Shown: positions 42,170 to 59,689 of the stretch, piece after piece
Layout of the letters: every line of letters starts with the position of its first letter
Numbering within the stretch: the first letter of the stretch is position 1
Assembly (NCBI RefSeq): GCF_009914755.1
Contig: NC_060947.1
Origin: the human T2T-CHM13v2.0 reference genome, Homo sapiens
DNA length: 64,000 nt
Direction: 5' to 3' (one strand)
Notes under the pieces: generated by a model
Told to the model about the DNA's origin: nothing
The model's database searches: none
The model's input: the letters and a program-made list of their open reading frames with translations, nothing else
Position numbers and translations under genes: made by a program

Positions 42170-42890
42170 AAACTAACTTTCTTAAGTAACATTGAGGGAC
42201 AATAAACTGAACATAATTTTAACAGTATGACTTGTAAATTAAAAATATGTATATACATGTGAAACCATAACCACTATAAAAATAATGAACATATCTATTA
42301 TTTCCCAGTAATTCCTCATGCCTCTTTTAAATCTTTTCCTTTCCTTTCTGCCCCTTCCTTTCCCAAGCAACCATTGTTCTGCTTTCTATCACGACAGTTG
42401 CATTTCCTAAAGTTCTTAGTAAACAAATCCAGACAGTCTGTACTATTCTTCTCTCTGGCTTCTTTCACTCAGCAAAATTATTTTGCATTTAATCTACTCC
42501 ATTGTGTCCGTAAATATCTCATTCTTTTCATTGCTAAACTTTATTTTTATTGTATGAATATACAACCATTTATCCATAAATATGTTGACGAAAATTTATT
42601 TCTAGCTTTGGCTCTTTTAAGTAAAGCTTCTATGAACACTAATGTACAAGTCTTCCTATATACATATTCTTTTATTTTTTTGAATAAATACCTAAGAATG
42701 GAATAGCTGAATCAGAGGTAGATATATGTAACTTTTTAAGAATATATCAAAATATTATAAAAAACAATTTTGCCATTTATATTTTTACCAGGAGAGAATT
42801 GGAGTTCCAGATACTCTACTTCCTTGCCTGCCAATATTTCTTATTTTCTTTTTAAATTGCAACCATTCTAACAGGAAAGAAGTGGGATGA
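42170..42890 (-). mobile_element. Old L1M 3' end
   Basis: gtgaaaccataaccac..., ctggcttctttcactcagcaaaatt, gaataaatacctaagaatggaatagctg. Confidence 0.85.
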
Positions 42891-44379
42891 TTTACACATT
42901 TATCACATGTGAATGTGGCCATATTACCTTGAAGGAATTTAGAGTAAGCCATTCAAAATATGAGCTGCCATTAAAGTGAGGGGAGGAGGGAGAAAACGGA
43001 ATGGCCATGGTAAATTCCTTGGAGGAAACACCCTCTCCACGCCATGTGTGCCACCAAAATTAAGCATAGGGAGATGAGGTGTGGGAAGTAACTTTGGGAA
43101 GGCTTTTGAGGGTGCAGTAAAGAAATGCCTTCTTTTCTCCATCTTGGTCTTCTCAGCATTTCCATCCCACCCCCGCCCCACACCCCGGAAAAAACATCAG
43201 AAATGGTGCTTTATAATGTGTGAGCCACCCCAGGACCATCACTGGCTAGGAGGTGTGCCTGGCTGACCAAAGTAAACTGGACCCGTAGCTCTTCATTTTC
43301 CTGAAGAGTGATATATATAGGGAGGCCACGAATCCTAGGTGAGCCCACTGGGAGGCAGTGACATGGCTAAGGTGACCAGAAAAAGACATGTGCCTAGCAG
43401 GGTTATAGAACGACTAATCTTAAACATAAAAGTGAAGAAGAAGAAAAAGGCCTAGAGAAGGTGTCAGTGGACACAATCCAATCTAGGCTCATTCTCTTCT
43501 TCCTCATGGACTCCCCTCATGACTCCTACCATGCCCTTGCCTTTCACAAGCTCACAAACCCCCTCCTTAGCCTGCACTGTTTCACATGAAGCCTCTGTTC
43601 CCATCTAATCCCCACCCTCTTCCTCCAAATCAATGTCCTTCTAGGATCACCATGTTGTCTTCCCATTTACAGAATACAGCCATAAGCGTAAAAATATTTC
43701 TTCAAGGGAGTTCAAGAAAAAAAATGTTCTCAAACAAATACCACTCCTTCAAGAAAGCCCACCAGAGAAAGAGGGCGAACATTATTCAGCCATTACCATG
43801 AAGTGAATAAGAACTTGAATCAAAATCAGCCAAATATGGACAAAGAGACCCTGAACAATTCCAGTACTTCAAGTAATGATCTGTACAGCCAGTAATTACT
43901 GAGCAAGGGCCAGCAGGCTCAGAAATATCTGCTGTACCTTCAAAGGGCTTTGCTGCTGAGAAATAGTCAACCACATTGGGTCTAACCCTTACAACAGTAT
44001 AGAAGGACGGCGATTACACTAAAATCAACAAGTTGTAAAAAGCTCCTCTTTCTAGAGCATATGTGTGTATCTTTATGTGTTCCCTGGTGTTGGGGAGGGA
44101 AGGAAGGAAAGAGGCACATGAGAAGGGAGAAAAGTAGGGTTCTGTAGTGTTGGCAACCAGGCTGGCAAGTCCACAGTTAGCCAGATATTGACGGATAAGA
44201 ACTGGATCAGGACTGAGCACTGAAGACAAATCTTCTCTTGAAATCTTTATCACACTGGCAAGTATAGGGACTAGGTGTTTCACATTGTGTTTGGGTAGGG
44301 GGTGATATCAGGATTTAGAATGGTAGACCTAGATGATAAAATGGTTTGATGTGTGCAGGGTAACAATAACACTCCCCAG

Positions 44380-44530
44380 TCCTCAACAAAATATTAGCAA
44401 AACAAAGCCAACACCATGTCAAAAAGACAATACATAACAATAAAATCGATTTGATACCATGGATGCAAGGATAGTTGAACATGCAGAAATCAATAAATAT
44501 GATACATCACATAAACAGAATTAAGGACAC
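44380..44530 (+). mobile_element. L1 ORF2 (RT) fragment
   Basis: ctcaacaaaatattagcaaa...ggatgcaaggatagttgaacatgcagaaatcaataaatatgatacatcacataaacagaa. Confidence 0.8.
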
Positions 44531-44609
44531 TCCCCCAAAAAGAGGTAGACAAAGAAATCCCACCCACAGGCCACCTACTTAATAATGGTATTTGATGAGC
44601 CCCAGTATA

Positions 44610-44748
44610 TGCTGTAAGCAACTAGCAGTTCTCAGAAGGACCAAATAATACCCTAAGAAAAGTAACTGACAGCATTCTCAAGAACTGTAGTAATGGTGTT
44701 TGAGACAACATATCCAACATGTATTAGGTCACTTTCTTTATAAGAAAC
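44610..44748 (-). pseudogene. Candidate decayed coding segment (FSIP2-like motif)
   Basis: 44748-44653 reads VSYKESDLIHVGYVVSNTITTVLENAVSYFS*; an overlapping frame gives SVTFLRVLFGPSENC. Confidence 0.4.
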
Positions 44749-44809
44749 ATGGGGTAAAATTGTGACCTATTAAGGGTAGGGCAGTCAAAAACCTCAATAT
44801 TTTGTAAGT

Positions 44810-45075
44810 TTATTCATATGAAATGTACAATATATGCAAATCCATAGTCAGAAAATACATGTGTGGTTATTTATGGTTGGGGTTTGGGTGGGAGAATAGG
44901 GAGGCAATAGCTAACATGTATGTGGTTTCCCTTTGAGGTGATAAAAATATTCTAAAATTCACTGGGGTGTGGTTGCATGTATCTTTGAATATATTAAATA
45001 CTGTTGAATTTTATACTTTTAATGGTTAAATTTCATGATATATGAATTATATTTCAATGAAATGCTCCAAATAAA
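44810..45075 (+). mobile_element. L1M 3' end
   Basis: ggcaaatccatag-like motif, gaggtgataaaaatattctaaaatt, tatgaattatatttcaat. Confidence 0.8.
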
Positions 45076-45079
45076 GAAA

Positions 45080-45150
45080 TAGGGAGGGAGGGGGAATGGG
45101 AGGGAGAGAGGATAAAAAGGAAGGGAAGGGAAGGGAAGGGAAGGGATAGG
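45080..45150. repeat. GA-rich/(GGGAA)n tract
   Basis: Directly visible. Confidence 0.85.
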
Positions 45151-45804
45151 AACACTATCTGGATTATTTTCTAAGACATGTTCACACCCAGTCTTTTATC
45201 TGCAGAGTCAGTGCGGTCCAGGAAAGTTCTCACTCATTTCCCCTTCTTTGCAGCTACACACTCTCTTGCTCTGCTCACTGGGATTCCTGGTCCATCTCAA
45301 CTGCCAGTCATCAGTCACCAACTCCACTCACTTGCATAGCCCCAGCCTCTATAGAGGGGGTCCACTGTACACAGAGGTAAAAAATACAAACCTCCAGCAG
45401 GCATCAGGACAGCTTTCAGCCCTGGGACTTGGCAAGTTTACAATAGATCACTAGAGTGGTCAAGAGTGTTGTGCACCCAAAATAATGCAGCAGAGCCAGC
45501 TATGCTCTTACTGATAGAAAGCAGGGGGGGTTTTAAGGTAGGGTGAAATGTCAGGCAGGGTGCTGATTAAGTCCAGTAGAGCTGCCTACTCCAAACACTC
45601 TGTAACTTTTAGCTGGTAATAATGATGTAGAAATTTCTCAAGCTTATTCACAGAAGTTGTCCTGTACCAGTCCCATCACCACCCATATCCCTCATCATTT
45701 TTCCTTTTGGATCTTTCTCCTCACTACAGTGAACTCTGGATTCAGAGCCTTGAGTGCCACCTGGCCTTCAGCTCTCTGAACTTTACGTTTTGTATGTGAT
45801 CTCA

Positions 45805-45981
45805 TTCCTGGACTCTGGCTCAAGCGGCCCTCCCACCTCAGCCTCCTGAGTAGCTGGCACCACAGGCCCATATCACCTCACTGGGCTAATTTTTAAAGAT
45901 TTTTGCAGAGATAGGGTCTTACCACGTTGCCCAGGATCGTCTTGAACTCCTGGTCTCAAGTGATCCTCTTATGCCCAGCCC
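45805..45981 (-). mobile_element. Partial AluJ
   Basis: ggctcaagcggccctcccacctcagcctcctgagtagctgg...gagatagggtcttaccacgttgcccagg. Confidence 0.85.
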
Positions 45982-46658
45982 ATATTTTTAAATCATTCCC
46001 CCAAGAAATCATGTTACTAAAGACATCATTGCATGAATTCAGCTTTATATAGGTGAAGAATTAACTTAATGTTCTTTTTAATGGAAAAATGGAGAAATAC
46101 AAATTAAAACAATAGTGAGACAACATCTTTACACCCCTAATTTTGATAAAAATGTGAAGATTGATAAAATGTTTGTGAAAGTGCAGGGTATTTATATACA
46201 TTAATTTCTGAGAAAATGAGTACGTATAGCATTTTTGAAACATAATTTCAGCAATATTTGTAAAAATTTAAAATATTCACACTCTGTCTACAGTAATCAA
46301 TTTTCTCATTAATATGCTTTTCTTATGAGAAAACACAAATAGATGTCCAATAATTCATGTTTAAAGATGTTGTTTTTAGTTATATTAATCATAGAAGCAA
46401 ATGGGAAACAACTTGTCTATCAGGAGGAGAATGATTTAGTTAATTATGGCATATACGTACTTTAGAGTGGATATACCATATGTGCTGTCATGGAAAGGTC
46501 CTGCACCCATTTTATTAAGTGCTAAGGCAAGTGACAGATCAATATGTTCATAATTACCCATTTATGTTAAAAAAATGCATTTTTATAGTACATCTGTTTC
46601 TGAAAAAGTCTAGAATAAGCTTTAAAACAATACACACCAGATTGTTAATTATAGATAC

Positions 46659-46948
46659 CTATGAAGAACGGGCTGAATGTTGAAGCAACTTTGTAAAGTT
46701 GAGAATTGTGATTTATCTGTGTTTGCCAATAGTTTTGCAATAAGAATGCATAAGCTACCATCTTCATAATTAAAATATTTAAATACTCCTCGCAACAGAA
46801 ATAATAGCCATGTTAAAGGATGAATACAAGATGTGGATGAGCACTTGTAGTCTCTCTCATAAGCTGTCACATAGTGGATCTTTAATAAAAGGCAACTATT
46901 GTAACTTATTATAACAACCACCATTTCTTGGAGGAGTTTCTGAGAAAG
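46659..46948 (-). pseudogene. Candidate exon remnant, about 96 open codons
   Basis: Non-repeat ORF 46649..46924 extended upstream: SQKLLQEMVVVIIS...EDGSLCILIAKLLANTDKS...PVLHR, then donor-like AG|gtatct. Confidence 0.4.
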
Positions 46949-47264
46949 TCAGATTTGCTCTGAAATTCACCAACTTCTTAAAGGGCCTGCCATGTTACAA
47001 ATGCTTTCAAACATAGAATCACATCTAATTTTCAAAGGATCCTGTAAATGTTAGCAGGGAGTGTTTGCCCCTTTACACTCAATAGCACTTTTCTGCATAG
47101 CCCTTTGCAATAACCTCTATAATCTCAACAGGCTGTGAATTTTCTCTTTCCTTCTGATACATGGTTAAAATTTTAACTTATGAGTCTCTGCTACAGTTTC
47201 CATGACTGAACTTGCTTGAACACCTGTACCGGTACTATTAGGCAAACTGCAAAATAGGATTTTC

Positions 47265-47420
47265 CTGTGGGGCTAGGGGAGTGACAGCATTAGGAGAAAT
47301 ACCTACTGTAGGTGACAGGTTGATGGGTGCAGCAAACTACCATGGCACATGTCTACCTATGTAACAAACCTGTACATTCTGCGCCTGTATCCCAGATCTT
47401 AAAGTATAATAAAAAAAATT
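47265..47420 (+). mobile_element. Short L1PA (PA7-like) 3' end
   Basis: gcattaggagaaatacctactgtag...ttaaagtataataaaaaaaa. Confidence 0.88.
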
Positions 47421-47424
47421 TTTT

Positions 47425-48295
47425 AAAAGAAGAAAATTGGAAAATTTCTTGAAACAAATATTCAAGGAAACACAGCATACCAAAACTTATGGAATACAGC
47501 AAAAGCAGTAAGAGACTTTTATAGCTGTAAGTGTCTACAACAAAAAAAGAAGAAAAGCCTTTAATAAACATCATAACCATGCATCTTAAAGAACTAGCAA
47601 TGCAACCAATCCCAAAATTAATAGAAGAAAAAAATAATAAATATCAGAGTAAAAATAAATGAGATAAAATGAAGAAAATAATAGAAAAGATCAATGAAAC
47701 AACAAATAGGATTTTGGAAAACTAAACTGACAAAATTTTAGCAAGACTGACCAAAAAAAAAGAGAACATCCAAATAAAATCAGAGATTAAAAAAAGACAA
47801 TTCAATTGATACTGCAGAAACTCAAAGGATCATTAGTGGCTACTATGGGCAACTACATGACAATAATTTGAAAAATCTAGAGGAAATTTTAAAAAATTCT
47901 AAACTCAAGCAACCTATCAAGATTGAACCAGGAAGAAATATAAAACCTGAACAGGCCAATAACAAATAATGAGATTGAAGCATAATAAAAAAAAGACTCC
48001 CAGTAAAGCCCAGGCCACTATGGCTTCACTGCTGAATTCTACTAAACACTGAAAGAAGAATTAATACTAATTATACTCAAACTATTTGGAAAAATAAAGA
48101 AAAAGGGAATACTTCCAAACTCATTATATGAGGCAAACATTACCCTGATACCAAAACCAGACAGTCACATCAAAAAAAGGAAAGTATAGGCCAATATCTC
48201 TGATGAATGTTGATAAAATTCTTCAACAAAATACTAGCAAACCAAATTCCACAATATATTAAAAATATCATTCCTCATGATAATGTGGGACTTTA
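47425..48295 (+). mobile_element. Old L1 ORF2 fragment
   Basis: cagcataccaaaacttatgg..., atggcttcactgctgaattctac, cattaccctgataccaaaaccagac. Confidence 0.88.
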
Positions 48296-48302
48296 ACCTG
48301 CA

Positions 48303-48612
<310 letters not shown>

Positions 48613-49174
48613 CTAACCTGCTATTTTTTTCTCTTCCGAGTATCACTGGCAATCAACAATGACCACCCGATTTCACAATTCTTATCATTAATGTTTCTCC
48701 CTTTTAAATACCACAGGTATTGCACAAGCCAATACATTCCCTATTACCTGTATCTCATCTCAGCTCATCAAAGGAGAGTGAATAACTTAACTGCACTGTC
48801 ACAGCAACTCAGGGAATATCAAGGCTCAGCCTACTACCAGAGATTTGCCAGTCAGCTACGAGTGACCAAACTCCATACCTCCATACTCACAGTTGGCTTC
48901 CTAGGAACATTCAGGATATCAATTGCCTTAGCATGGGTCCTTAAAAAGGGAACAAGAGAAGGCTATTCTTGTGCAAGTGATTTAATGATGAAGCACTCAG
49001 GAGGTACTTGTAAGTAAATGAGGAAAGTTGGTTTAGTTAAAGAAGAAAACCTAGCAAAGATGTGAATTAAGCTAAAGAATAGCTTCGGCTGTATCCCTAC
49101 GGGACTTCTAAGGAATGAATGACAGCATAGCAGTGTTGCCTTGTGCCCAAGGAGACAAGGCATCTATGTCTTTG

Positions 49175-53950
<4,776 letters not shown>

Positions 53951-53987
53951 CATAACCTACTTATTTACTCAATTACTCTTTCTTTCT

Positions 53988-54359
53988 TTTATATATATAT
54001 ATATATTTTTTTATTACACTTTAAGTTCTAGGGCACATGTGCACAACGTGCAGGTTTGTTACATATGTATACATGTGACATGTTGGTGTGCTGCACCCAT
54101 TAACTTGTCATTTACAGTTAGAATGGCAATCATTAAAAAGTCAGGAAACAACAGGTGCTGGAGAGGATGTGGAGAAATACACTGTTGGTGGGACTGTAAA
54201 CTAGTTCAACCATTGTGGAAGACAGTGTGGAGATTCCTCAGGGATCTAAAATTAGAAATACCATTTGACCCAGCCATCCCATTACTGGGTATAAACCCAG
54301 AGGAATATAAATCATGCTGCTATAAAGACACACACACATGTATGTTTATTGCCACACTA
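53988..54359 (-). mobile_element. Very short 5'-inverted L1PA
   Basis: Minus 3' end to 54116, plus-strand ORF2 C-terminal piece 54115-54359; TSD tactcaattactctttctttct at 53966-53987 and 54358-54379. Confidence 0.95.
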
Positions 54360-54553
54360 CTCAATTACTCTTTCTTTCTAAATGACACAAACTTCAATAA
54401 CAGTAGTTTAAAACTACTAAGAACATTTATTTGGCAACCTATTGCTTACCAGTTAAAATATCTTACATTCCATCTATTATAAAAATACTTTCATTGCATA
54501 GACAAATTTTAGACTAATTCTCCCTTCCTGAGATCACAAGATTGTAGTCATAT

Positions 54554-54666
54554 TACACACACACACACACACACAAATATACAAATTTATGAAATTTGCT
54601 ATGGAGTGTGTTTGCATGTATATATATTTCTGTGTGTGTGTGTGTGTGTGTGTTTGTGTGTGTGTA
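54554..54666. repeat. (CA)n and (TG)n microsatellites in inverted arrangement
   Basis: Directly visible. Confidence 0.85.
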
Positions 54667-54769
54667 TTGCCAGAGAAGAATGAGACCCAAAGCCGGAAAA
54701 CCACTTTCCAAGGTCACAGTATGAATCCATGGCAGGCGAGAACCAGTTACTTAACTGCCCAATTGATTT

Positions 54770-55805
54770 TATTAACAGCAGGCTTCAACCAAGGAAGATA
54801 ACTGATAACCCATTTTTAATGCCCTTTTAGCCTTAGCATTTGACTTTGGGATTGGACTTGCAACTTGCTTCAGCCTATGAGATGTTTGCAAATTTGACCC
54901 AAGCAGAGGCCTGAAAATTGCTATTTGACGTGCTTGCTCTGGATTTCCTGTCATGAGAACATGTGCAGGATATCCTGATAAAGGATGACATGCATGGAAC
55001 ACAGCTGAGTAATTCCAGTCATTTCTGCCCCGAAAATTCTAGATCAGCCACAGCCAGCTGACTCCCAGATGTATGAGTGAGCCTAACATTAGCTAAGCCT
55101 ATCCCAGTTCAGCTGAAACCTGCAAATTAGTGAGCTGATTAAATGATCCTCATGTTTGAAATGCTTGTTCCCTGGTGCCGTAAAGAAATAGCACTTGAAC
55201 ATAAATTTAATTTCTCAGCAAGGCCATTTTTATACTTTCTGCAGAAATGGTACATTCGCCAGCAGTTTTGCCAGGAGAGTATACCGAACAAAGGAGACAG
55301 GGTCATTTATAACCTGACGCATCCACCCTACTGCTGTATCCAGTTTCCATTGGCTGGAACGGGACCTCACATTCTGTATATGTCCCGATTGGCTAGCAAC
55401 TTAGAACTTTTTAAAAGAGGCAAAGGCAGAGGAGAACAAAGGAAGGAGAAGTAACTTGTGGAATGCTGATAAAGGTAAAAACACCTTCAAATAAAGAAGA
55501 GGAACAGGCTATGACCTAATACTTGCTTGGAATAGGATAAGCATGTCAGGGCAAATATTTAGGCTAAATTGTGGGAGCTAAGAACATAAAGTACATTGAT
55601 TTCTTTATTACTGCTAGCAGATATTGAAGAATGTTAGCACAGGTCTTTGAATAAATTTTGCTTCTAAGAGAAGTTACTATTTATTCTTAATTAGATAGGG
55701 AGGAAAGTCTTTGAAGACGAACCTCTACTTTTTATACTCATATGTCACAAGGATTTATGGTTGTTTGTTATGCAACATTATTGTGGCTGACGGTAGTTGA
55801 CACTT
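54770..55805 (+). mobile_element. MLT1-type LTR interrupted by an LTR10C-like LTR
   Basis: gtcatgagaacatg..., cagccagctgactcccagatgtatgagtgagcc, ggttgtttgttatgcaacattattgtggc. Confidence 0.7.
55153..55736 (-). mobile_element. LTR10C-like ERV1 solo LTR
   Basis: tgtttgaaatgcttgttccctggtgccgtaaagaaatagcacttgaac...; perfect 4-bp TSD ctca. Confidence 0.85.
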
Positions 55806-55881
55806 ATATATTAGATGTTATAATCATAGGTCACTGGTGTTAGTCATTTGCATCCTCTGCAACACCTACTGAAACTCTTAC

Positions 55882-56085
55882 ATTCTCAACCTGCTCACAG
55901 ATCAATTCCTGGACTTCCTCCACAACAATGCAGTTCTTTCTTTCTTGTGTTTTTTTCTTTCTCTGATTGTCTTTTGTGTGTAAATTATTTATTTTCTCAC
56001 ACTTTAACATGGAGTTGGGAGATGAGGTTGGAATTTTATGCTGCTGCATCCAAATTCTTTCTCTTCCATATTTGTGCAAAATAAG
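55882..56085 (-). pseudogene. Candidate exon, 204 bp, fully open phase 0-0
   Basis: aaag|CTT start and AAT|gtaaga end; LILHKYGRERIW...KDNQRKKKTQERKNCIVVEEVQELICEQVEN. Confidence 0.45.
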
Positions 56086-56199
56086 CTTTTTTTAAAAAAA
56101 ATAGAGCCTGTTCACTCGCCTTCTAGGATCTTCAAAGTTTAGTGAACATCTTACACAGATTTGGATCCCAAATGCCTACCCTTGTCATAGAGTGAGAGC

Positions 56200-57200
56200 T
56201 TGATAAAATCTCTTTAGTTGAATAAACGAAATTTCTCCTTTGAGAATAGCACCATCTGGCAATACCATCCTATATTTCTTCTTGCTGTGTTCACCTACCA
56301 ACATTCTGGCCATTATTCCATCTCTATTGAAGACGAGCAATTTACTCACAGTCTTTTATTCTGCCTCAAGATTTGCGGTCATCCAAGGAATTCAATGTCC
56401 ATGTTGAAAGCTTATATAATACCCTGGCTTTATACTTATTTGAACTCTTTTTCACCAAGGATGATTTGTTTCTCTAAATTTCATCCACCAGAATACGTGA
56501 TCACACCCTAACCCTTATACTCTCTTGGAACTGTTTATCCTCTAAAGTCTTCAATTCTAATACATTTTGCTATATGTCATAACTGCTTACCATTCCAGTT
56601 ATTTTACACTTTAACTCCAGATTGCCTATACTAGATCTCATCATTTTGTCCTGGGAAGTCTATTCCTATCCTCCTCCCTGCAGTTTCTCACCTATCTATA
56701 TTAGATATATAATCTATTCTTTATTATTATTATCCTCCACTCTTTGGCCATTTGTCCTTTTGTTTCATGAATCAGCAAAATACTGTCTTTGAATCTATGT
56801 AAATGAATCCTTTCTCCACTCTTATGCCCAAGCTAGTTTCCAGAACGTCTACCAAAAAATATGCAGCAGAGGAATTTGCATATTTGTCTCCTTTCCTTTT
56901 TTCATAGGTATCTCCCCTTTTCCTCTGAATTTCATCCTTTTATACCTATGCAGTGGGTTGACATTTCAGTTTTCTCTTCTTATCTCTAACGTCTCTTTCC
57001 CATATATTAAAAATATTTAACGTTCTTTTCCTAAACCAAAAATGTTTACTTTCTTATTTAGGCTCTGCACGATCTCTCTTCCTGGGAAAAACCAGAGTTA
57101 TTAAAAAAAAGTCACCTTCATTTGTTAGGTATAATCTTTAATTCCAATTACCTTCAAGCTAACTATATTTAGGCCTATGCCTACATCACTCTACTGAATT
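56200..57200 (+). mobile_element. Degenerate L2
   Basis: Pyrimidine-rich; tcctttgagaatagcaccatc, catcactctactgaatt. Confidence 0.5.
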
Positions 57201-57367
57201 TACCCTGTGTTAAAACAGACATTGATAATTATAATAGGTGCTCGGCCAAATTTATTGTCAAATTCTATTGTTGCATGACCCTTGTATCTTCTCATTTTCT
57301 CCTATTATTAGTAAAGCTTTAAAGAATAAAGAAAGAGCATTATTTGCAAAATTTGTTGAGTACTCAC

Positions 57368-57840
57368 ATTGTTTCAGGTTTGTGTGACAAATTATTTGCA
57401 AACTCAGTAATGGCTTTTCTGAAATTTTGATAAAAATCACATGCTTCCTATTGCTAAATCAGAAATGCCTCAGTCTCTGAAATTCAAAAGATGCTTTGTC
57501 ACAAAGGCAATTCAAGACTTTTCCACTTGTCATGCTAGGGAATACTCTTTTAAAAGTCTTTTAAAAATCTTTTCAAAAGCAGATATTAATTTCTGAACAT
57601 TTCTCTTCTGTAATGTAGATTTAGAGATAGAGACATTATTCAATGAGAATCTACTTCTCCTTTAATTTTCTTGTTTTTAAATAAAAAAACAGTTACAATT
57701 GTTTGACAGGGAGCAAGTATGTTGAAAAACAGGCTTTAATAAGTGGTTTTGCAGTATACTATTTCTTCTTTCTGTTTTTTCAAGTTTCTCTAAAATGAGG
57801 CCACAATATCTTCAATTTGAACAAAGAGCTGTGCTTTAGT
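57368..57840 (-). pseudogene. Decayed coding exon with FSIP2-like helical motifs
   Basis: TKAQLFVQIEDIVAS/ILEKLEK; QKRNVQKLISAFEKIFKRLLKEYSLA*; EACDFYQNFRKAITEFANNLSHKPET then consensus donor |gtgagta; several stops and frameshifts. Confidence 0.55.
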
Positions 57841-58251
57841 GCATTGTGAATACTGTTGGCTATTACCCCACCATATCTATCCTCTGTCCTTCTTTTCCTT
57901 GTTCTGTTCCTAAAAACTGTATCATTAGGACACTACTCCCACTGGCTTATTACTAGATTTAGACAATGGGTGTCACTGGCAGGAGATAGGAGGGGAGGAA
58001 GAGATAATGGTCATTTCCTTCCTTCCTCTGTGCTGAGGCTTTGGCAATGACTGGACCTCTTAATTACAGGTGAAGTCAGGCTACCACTTTCCATGGCTCT
58101 AGCTCACACTGAGTTTGTTAAGAGCACTTCTTCTTTCCTTTCCCTTGTAGGATTAAGGATAGAAATAACTTCCAACTTTTATTTCTTGGATGCCTGTGTA
58201 TTTTTCTATTGCTGTATAACAAATACATTTAAAAAAAAAAAAAACCCCAGC

Positions 58252-58579
<328 letters not shown>

Positions 58580-58919
58580 CTAGCAATTTAAATCAACAAA
58601 TATTTAATATTTTAATTTTTATGGGTCAGGAATCAAGCAAAGCCCTCTTGGGTATCTGTGGCTTGAGGCTTATTGATGGGGAAAGGGAGTATCTGTTTCC
58701 AAGGTTATTTACATGATTATTTATGGGCCTCTGTTTCTTACAATATGGGCCTCTTCACAAGATTTTCTCATGATAGGTCAACTGGATTTCCCCAGGGTAA
58801 AAGATCTAAGAGAGGGAGAGTATGCCCAAGACAAAAGCCAAATATTTCTAACAGCCTAATTCTGGGAGTTATATCCCATTGCTTCTGCCATATTCTACTC
58901 ATTAGAAATAATTTCGAGG

Positions 58920-59530
58920 TTTACAGGTATTTTTTTCTTTTAGTAATTTGAAGATGTTGCTCCACTGTCTCTCACTTGCTTTTTTCCCATGAGAAATGTG
59001 CTTTCTTCTTTATCTTTACTCTTCTGTATACAATGTGTCTTTTTACTCTGATTTATTTAAACATTTTTCTTTTTCACTGGTTTTGAACAACTTTATTTTA
59101 ATGTGCAGTGGTATAGTTTTGTTTACGTTTCTTGTGTCTTAGTTGTGTTGAGCTTCTTGGGTATGTAGGTATATAGTTTTGGTGCAGTTTGAAAAAGTTT
59201 CATCCAAAATTTACTCACATATTTTTTGAGATCCCCTTTCAGGAACTCTGCTAACTCCTATATTAGGCTTCTTGAAATTATCTCACAGCTCATTGATGCT
59301 CTTTTCATTGGATGGGTGAAAGGGATCCTTTTTGGTTTCTATATTTCATTTTTTTTTTAGTTTCTATTGCTGTGTTTCCATGTTCACTAAGCTTTGATTT
59401 TGTTATGTAACATATCATTAATCGTACCTAATGCATTTATATCTCAGATGTTATAGTTTTCATCTCTCAAAATTTAGGTATTTTTATATCTTCCATGTCT
59501 CTAACTTTCCTAGTATGTGGAATACAGTTA
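58920..59530 (-). mobile_element. Old L1M ORF1-region fragment
   Basis: ttgaagatgttgctccactgtct..., gttgagcttcttgggtatgtagg. Confidence 0.7.
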
Positions 59531-59663
59531 TAATAATATATAATATATATTATGTATAATATTAATATATAATTATTATATACATATTAATGTATAATAT
59601 TAATATATAATTATTATATATACAATTAATATATAATAAATAATATAATATTTTATATATATA
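59530..59663. repeat. AT-rich low-complexity tract with an internal tandem duplication
   Basis: tgtataatattaatatataattattatata occurs twice. Confidence 0.85.
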
Positions 59664-59689
59664 TCTTCAATTCAGAAAGGCAAGTGTTG

